Assembly (NCBI GenBank): GCA_030141605.1
Contig: JAQGDQ010000009.1
Location: 992,001-1,056,000, forward strand
Origin: Tubiluchus corallicola
Lineage: Eukaryota > Animalia > Priapulida
DNA length: 64,000 bases
Reading direction: 5' to 3'
Shown: one piece after another, positions 61,001 to 64,000 of the stretch
Numbering within the stretch: position 1 is the first letter of the stretch
How the letters are laid out: every line of letters starts with the position of its first letter
Position numbers and translations under genes: made by a program
The notes under the pieces: generated by a model
What the model saw: only the letters and a program-made list of their open reading frames with translations
Database searches by the model: none
What the model was told of the DNA's origin: nothing

Positions 61001-64000
61001 AAGTAGATCAAATTGTAAAAACAACGTCGAGTATGAATTCCTTGAGCCTAATTGTCTCAGAAACCATATTCTATGTAGCTTTGTAGGCCGAACCACTTAA
61101 AAAATAAGATTCGAAATTGCTGACAGTGGCAATGTTAAATCTGAAGGTCAAACATAGATCAAATCGTAAAAGTGACATTAGAAATAAATTTCTTGACCCA
61201 CAAACCATATACTGTGCATAGAACCATAGACCAACTGAATGAAAAGATCATTTTCAAAGTGCCCGACAGTGGCTATTTTGGGTTTTGGGCTCTGGCAGAG
61301 TTTGCCTACATTTTTGCAAGAGCATGTGGGCTAAATCTTTTATGTAACCTTCATACAATATGAACCCACTGAGAACTGAGCCTATGCTCTTCACAGTCAT
61401 AGAGGCACTGAAAATATCTATAACTAGGACCACAAAAATTTGAGTAATATTGACATACACATTACAATGTTTTCTGATTTTCATCAGTTATCAGTCAGTG
61501 CTTTTTGCTGCTTTAGCAGGTACTAGCATAATTTCATGACATTATTTAGTAAATGAAGCTTTATCAGCTCAAATTATGTCATCCTTTGGGAGCCAGTTAT
61601 TTTCAGGGATGGTGAATCAAAGTTAAACTATATCCATTATGTATTTTGAAACATTATAATGATTTGTCAGGAGTTTTTTTATGATTAATGTTATTGTTGC
61701 AGAAGAATATAAAAAATTGGTTCTTATTTTTAGTATCTTTATAAGCAGAATAGACATGGAAATCGAGGACATTTTTGTGCAGTTTCCTTTTTTTATGTTG
61801 TCTGTTTGCCATTGCTTCTATAATATTTGTACAGCTTCTATAATATTTGTTTTCTTATAATTTAGTGTTTCTACTAGTCGACAACAATGGCAGCAATATT
61901 TTTGGCACTGATTTTATTAATTTATTGTTAGGTAGCAGATATTCGAGTATAAATAATAACTATTACACAACAAATTGCTTAAACAAAAATTTACTACAGT
62001 TATATTTCTAAAGTGACAATCCACATTAATTCTTAGAAAATTTATTGAAAAAATGTGTTTTTCAGTGCCAGATGCTCCAGATCAATTTAAAGCTTTTGTT
62101 GGATCCAGAAGGATTACTTTAAGTTGGGATAAACCTCCTGAAGATAATGGACCCATTCTTGGCTACAGGATTAGATATTACAGAGCAAATGACAGTGAAG
62201 ATTTTAGTGAATTACACGTCCCATCTACACAGGAACATGAGAGTAAAATGATTATGGGTTTAGAACCTTGTTCAGCATACAATTTCTCCATTGCCGCTAA
62301 CACATCTGCTGGATATGGACCTGAAGCATATGCACTGTCAGACAAAACGGATCCTGAAAGTATGTAAAACACTTTTACACTAAATCTACTTTTTCTTAAG
62401 GATACCCGAAAATTTTTGCACTTTTGTGCAGCAAATTGTGCTTAACTTAACACTGCAAAAGTTAAAAAGTAAAATGAAAACAGAAAACAATTAAAACTAA
62501 AATGAAAACTTAAAAAAATGTATAAATTCAGTTTTTGAGCAACTAGGTGGCTTCATTGGTAAGAGTTATATACTTGAACTTAAGTAAGTTTTCTCTTTAT
62601 GCTTTTATTTAACTTTCTGTTTATGCATAAAAATTCTTCAATTAGTTACTGTTTATCTGTATAGAAGTTGATTGACCTTTCCATAAATCTGCCTGCATGT
62701 TCTCTTACATAATTAAAAGCATTTTTGCAGCACTACCTAAGGAGCAGAAGTGACTTAATCTAAGTTTATTAGTACATCTAGTATTTTATTTTAGTTACCA
62801 AATATTGCTCAGTATCCTATTATTGTGTTCAATGCTGTTTTATTGACTTTTTTCAGTTAGATCGTACAAGTTTTACTATAACTTACTGTCGTTGGCTTAG
62901 CAACTGTATTTGTAACAGGCATGAAAATCTGTGTGTATTTATATATATATGATATATATATATCATATTACAAGTAAATGTGTTTTTAATATATATATTT
63001 CTCCATTTAATTGATATTTTCAGGAAACATTATTAACTTTAAGTATATGCTGAAGTTCTATGCATTTTCTTAAATGTCTTTTCTGTTTCCTAATGTGTTA
63101 CTAAGTTGCGCGTGATTGAAAATATTTCATAAAAAGAGTACAGTGCTGGTATCTGTATTAGCATGAAGGTCTGTTCCAAAATTTTTGAATTTCCAAGTGT
63201 GGAATTTAGAAATTTGATTTCCACAATAGAAACAAAGAAATTACACCCAACAGTAATTATTTGTGGCCTATTACAATTGTTTTATAGTATTATATTTTGT
63301 GATTGCCGTGAGTTAGCGTAGTGCTCAGTAGATGGTGCAAAGATGCAACTTTCTAGCTTTGAGTGTGCTTGCGAATCTGCATCGTTTTGCTAGTGTCGTT
63401 CTTCATTCTGCTTTGAGGTTATGGACGAAGCAAATGCACTCGTGGCTGGTCAAAGTCGCTGACAACATTGATAAATTTTAACTGCATTTTAATGAAATTA
63501 TATTATTAATAAACGTTCTTTGTACTTCATTCTGCATTGAAAACGTCAAACGAGTCATCGGAATGCAGGTCATTTATAACATTAACGAATTTAGCAGTTA
63601 GTGGCCCATCAACTGTTCTAATTGAGAAAACAATGCAAAGCATTCATGTTTATCTGTTATTCTTTACAGCTCATGAAGCACCTGCTAATGTTACAATGTT
63701 TAGTTCTGATGCTTTCAATGTAACTGTAACTTGGGATCCACCGCCAGAGCCTAAATACTGTGAAGTGGTTGAGTACGAGATCAGTTATCAAACTCATCAG
63801 AATTATAGTTATGATGGTGACATCCCTGATTCTGGCACAGTATACACCACAGATCTTAGTTCAAGTAAGTGAACTTGCAAAAAACACCTGAAGTTTGATG
63901 TTGTGGTTGCTGTAAAATCTTTACTTGCTCTGCATACTGTATTGGTTAAATGAACAGAGCCGTCTTCATTTATTTATATCTTTTCTCCAAGATTATGATG
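46052..64000 (+). CDS. Signal-peptide plus tandem FN3-repeat protein (cell-surface or secreted; receptor-tyrosine-phosphatase-like ectodomain possible); 3' end outside the window
   Basis: Phase-consistent join 46052-46099, 46341-46404, 47908-48276, 51840-52130, 55178-55372, 56155-56265, 57431-58504, 62066-62359, 63670-63864. About nine FN3 domains with W..P, Y.L.W and L.PYT.Y.F motifs and many N-x-S/T sequons. No transmembrane or catalytic region lies in the window. Confidence 0.85.
46341..46404 (+). CDS. FN3 gene exon, signal peptide part 2 (VLIFTFSTHIDDCFGAEADVL)
   Basis: cttctacag acceptor, plausible CFG|AE cleavage site, phase-1 donor matching the FN3 exons. Confidence 0.75.
47120..47565 (+). 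pseudogene. Truncated, frameshift-scrambled paralog of the large FN3 exon (pseudo-exon or alternative terminal exon)
   Basis: Aligns to 57431-57820 with six frameshifting indels; homology stops at about 47498; intact tttacag acceptor; no clear donor; stop at 47563-47565. Confidence 0.7.
47908..48276 (+). CDS. FN3 exon A1 (stub plus one FN3)
   Basis: tttacag acceptor, CAG|GTGAGT donor, 369 nt, phase 1-1. Confidence 0.85.
50590..51060. repeat. Degenerate ~146-bp subrepeat array (probable transposon subterminal region); second copy at about 60825-61290
   Basis: GCCATCTTG-like anchors at 50600, 50746, 50894 and 51038; the first three are each followed by a ggtcaaat/agatcaaat motif. Confidence 0.6.
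51840..52130 (+). CDS. FN3 exon A2
   Basis: PDAP..WDKPPDHNGPILGYRIRY..GLEPCSAYNFSIAANTSAGYGP; 291 nt, phase 1-1. Confidence 0.9.
53285..55005 (+). mobile_element. Non-autonomous Helitron (1721 bp)
   Basis: Begins TC, ends CTAG, inserted between A and T with no target duplication; subterminal hairpin cacaaaa-ttct-ttttgtg (54976-54993); empty site gaaa|ttatatt in unit B near 63497. Confidence 0.92.
54256..54968. repeat. GTG/GTGTG-rich low-complexity minisatellite inside the Helitron
   Basis: Recurrent tggtgcagtgtggtgtgatgtggtggagt units; explains the V/W/C/G-rich and H/T/P-rich ORFs. Confidence 0.95.
55178..55372 (+). CDS. FN3 exon A3 (N-terminal half of an FN3 domain)
   Basis: HEKP..VTWDPPPEPKYCEVVEYQISY; 195 nt, phase 1-1. 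Confidence 0.88.
56155..56265 (+). CDS. FN3 exon A4 (C-terminal half of an FN3 domain; absent from the ORF track)
   Basis: IEVPAESKVCVTIKAKNSEGEWGESSDETCIWTDAS; tttatag acceptor, GTAAGT donor, 111 nt, phase 1-1. Confidence 0.85.
57431..58504 (+). CDS. FN3 exon B1 (four FN3 domains in one exon)
   Basis: 1074 nt, phase 1-1; repeats start at IDSP, LETP, LDTP and LETP. Confidence 0.92.
62066..62359 (+). CDS. FN3 exon B2
   Basis: Paralog of A2; 294 nt, phase 1-1. Confidence 0.9.
63670..63864 (+). CDS. FN3 exon B3
   Basis: Paralog of A3; 195 nt, phase 1-1. Confidence 0.88.

Larger units (their letters stand above)
57113..64000 (+). repeat. Intragenic tandem duplication, unit B (runs off the window)
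   Basis: Collinear with unit A but lacks the Helitron and has a longer first exon. Confidence 0.92.

Noticed and set aside
46052-64000. Naming the FN3 gene as a specific receptor phosphatase, usherin or tenascin
   Set aside because: Only generic FN3 repeats are visible; diagnostic domains lie outside the window.
1-64000. CRISPR arrays, rRNA genes, intact tRNA genes, prokaryotic operons
   Set aside because: None seen; the window is spliceosomal-intron-containing eukaryotic DNA.

Overview
AT-rich, intron-rich eukaryotic DNA, apparently from an invertebrate animal; the species cannot be determined from the sequence. (1) About 1-19.2 kb is mostly intronic or regulatory DNA of a minus-strand gene whose body lies left of the window; only candidate alternative 5' exons are visible. 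(2) 23.3-38.1 kb (+) holds a complete 16-coding-exon ubiquitin-specific protease (about 1215 aa by my exon assembly, USP4/11/15/32-like clade) with an intact Cys/His/Asp triad, one GC-AG intron, a ~360-aa insertion and an all-Cys RING-type finger inside the catalytic domain. (3) 46.0 kb to the window end (+) holds the 5' part of a signal-peptide plus fibronectin type III (FN3) repeat gene built from a tandemly duplicated ~9.6-kb four-exon cassette. Its cassette exons are all phase 1-1, differ in FN3 number through exact in-frame deletions, and have diverged mostly at non-synonymous sites while some intron tracts are nearly identical. One copy carries a non-autonomous Helitron whose empty site is visible in the other copy. 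MITEs, LINE remnants and microsatellites are scattered throughout. All gene models were assembled by hand from splice signals and reading frames, without transcript evidence.
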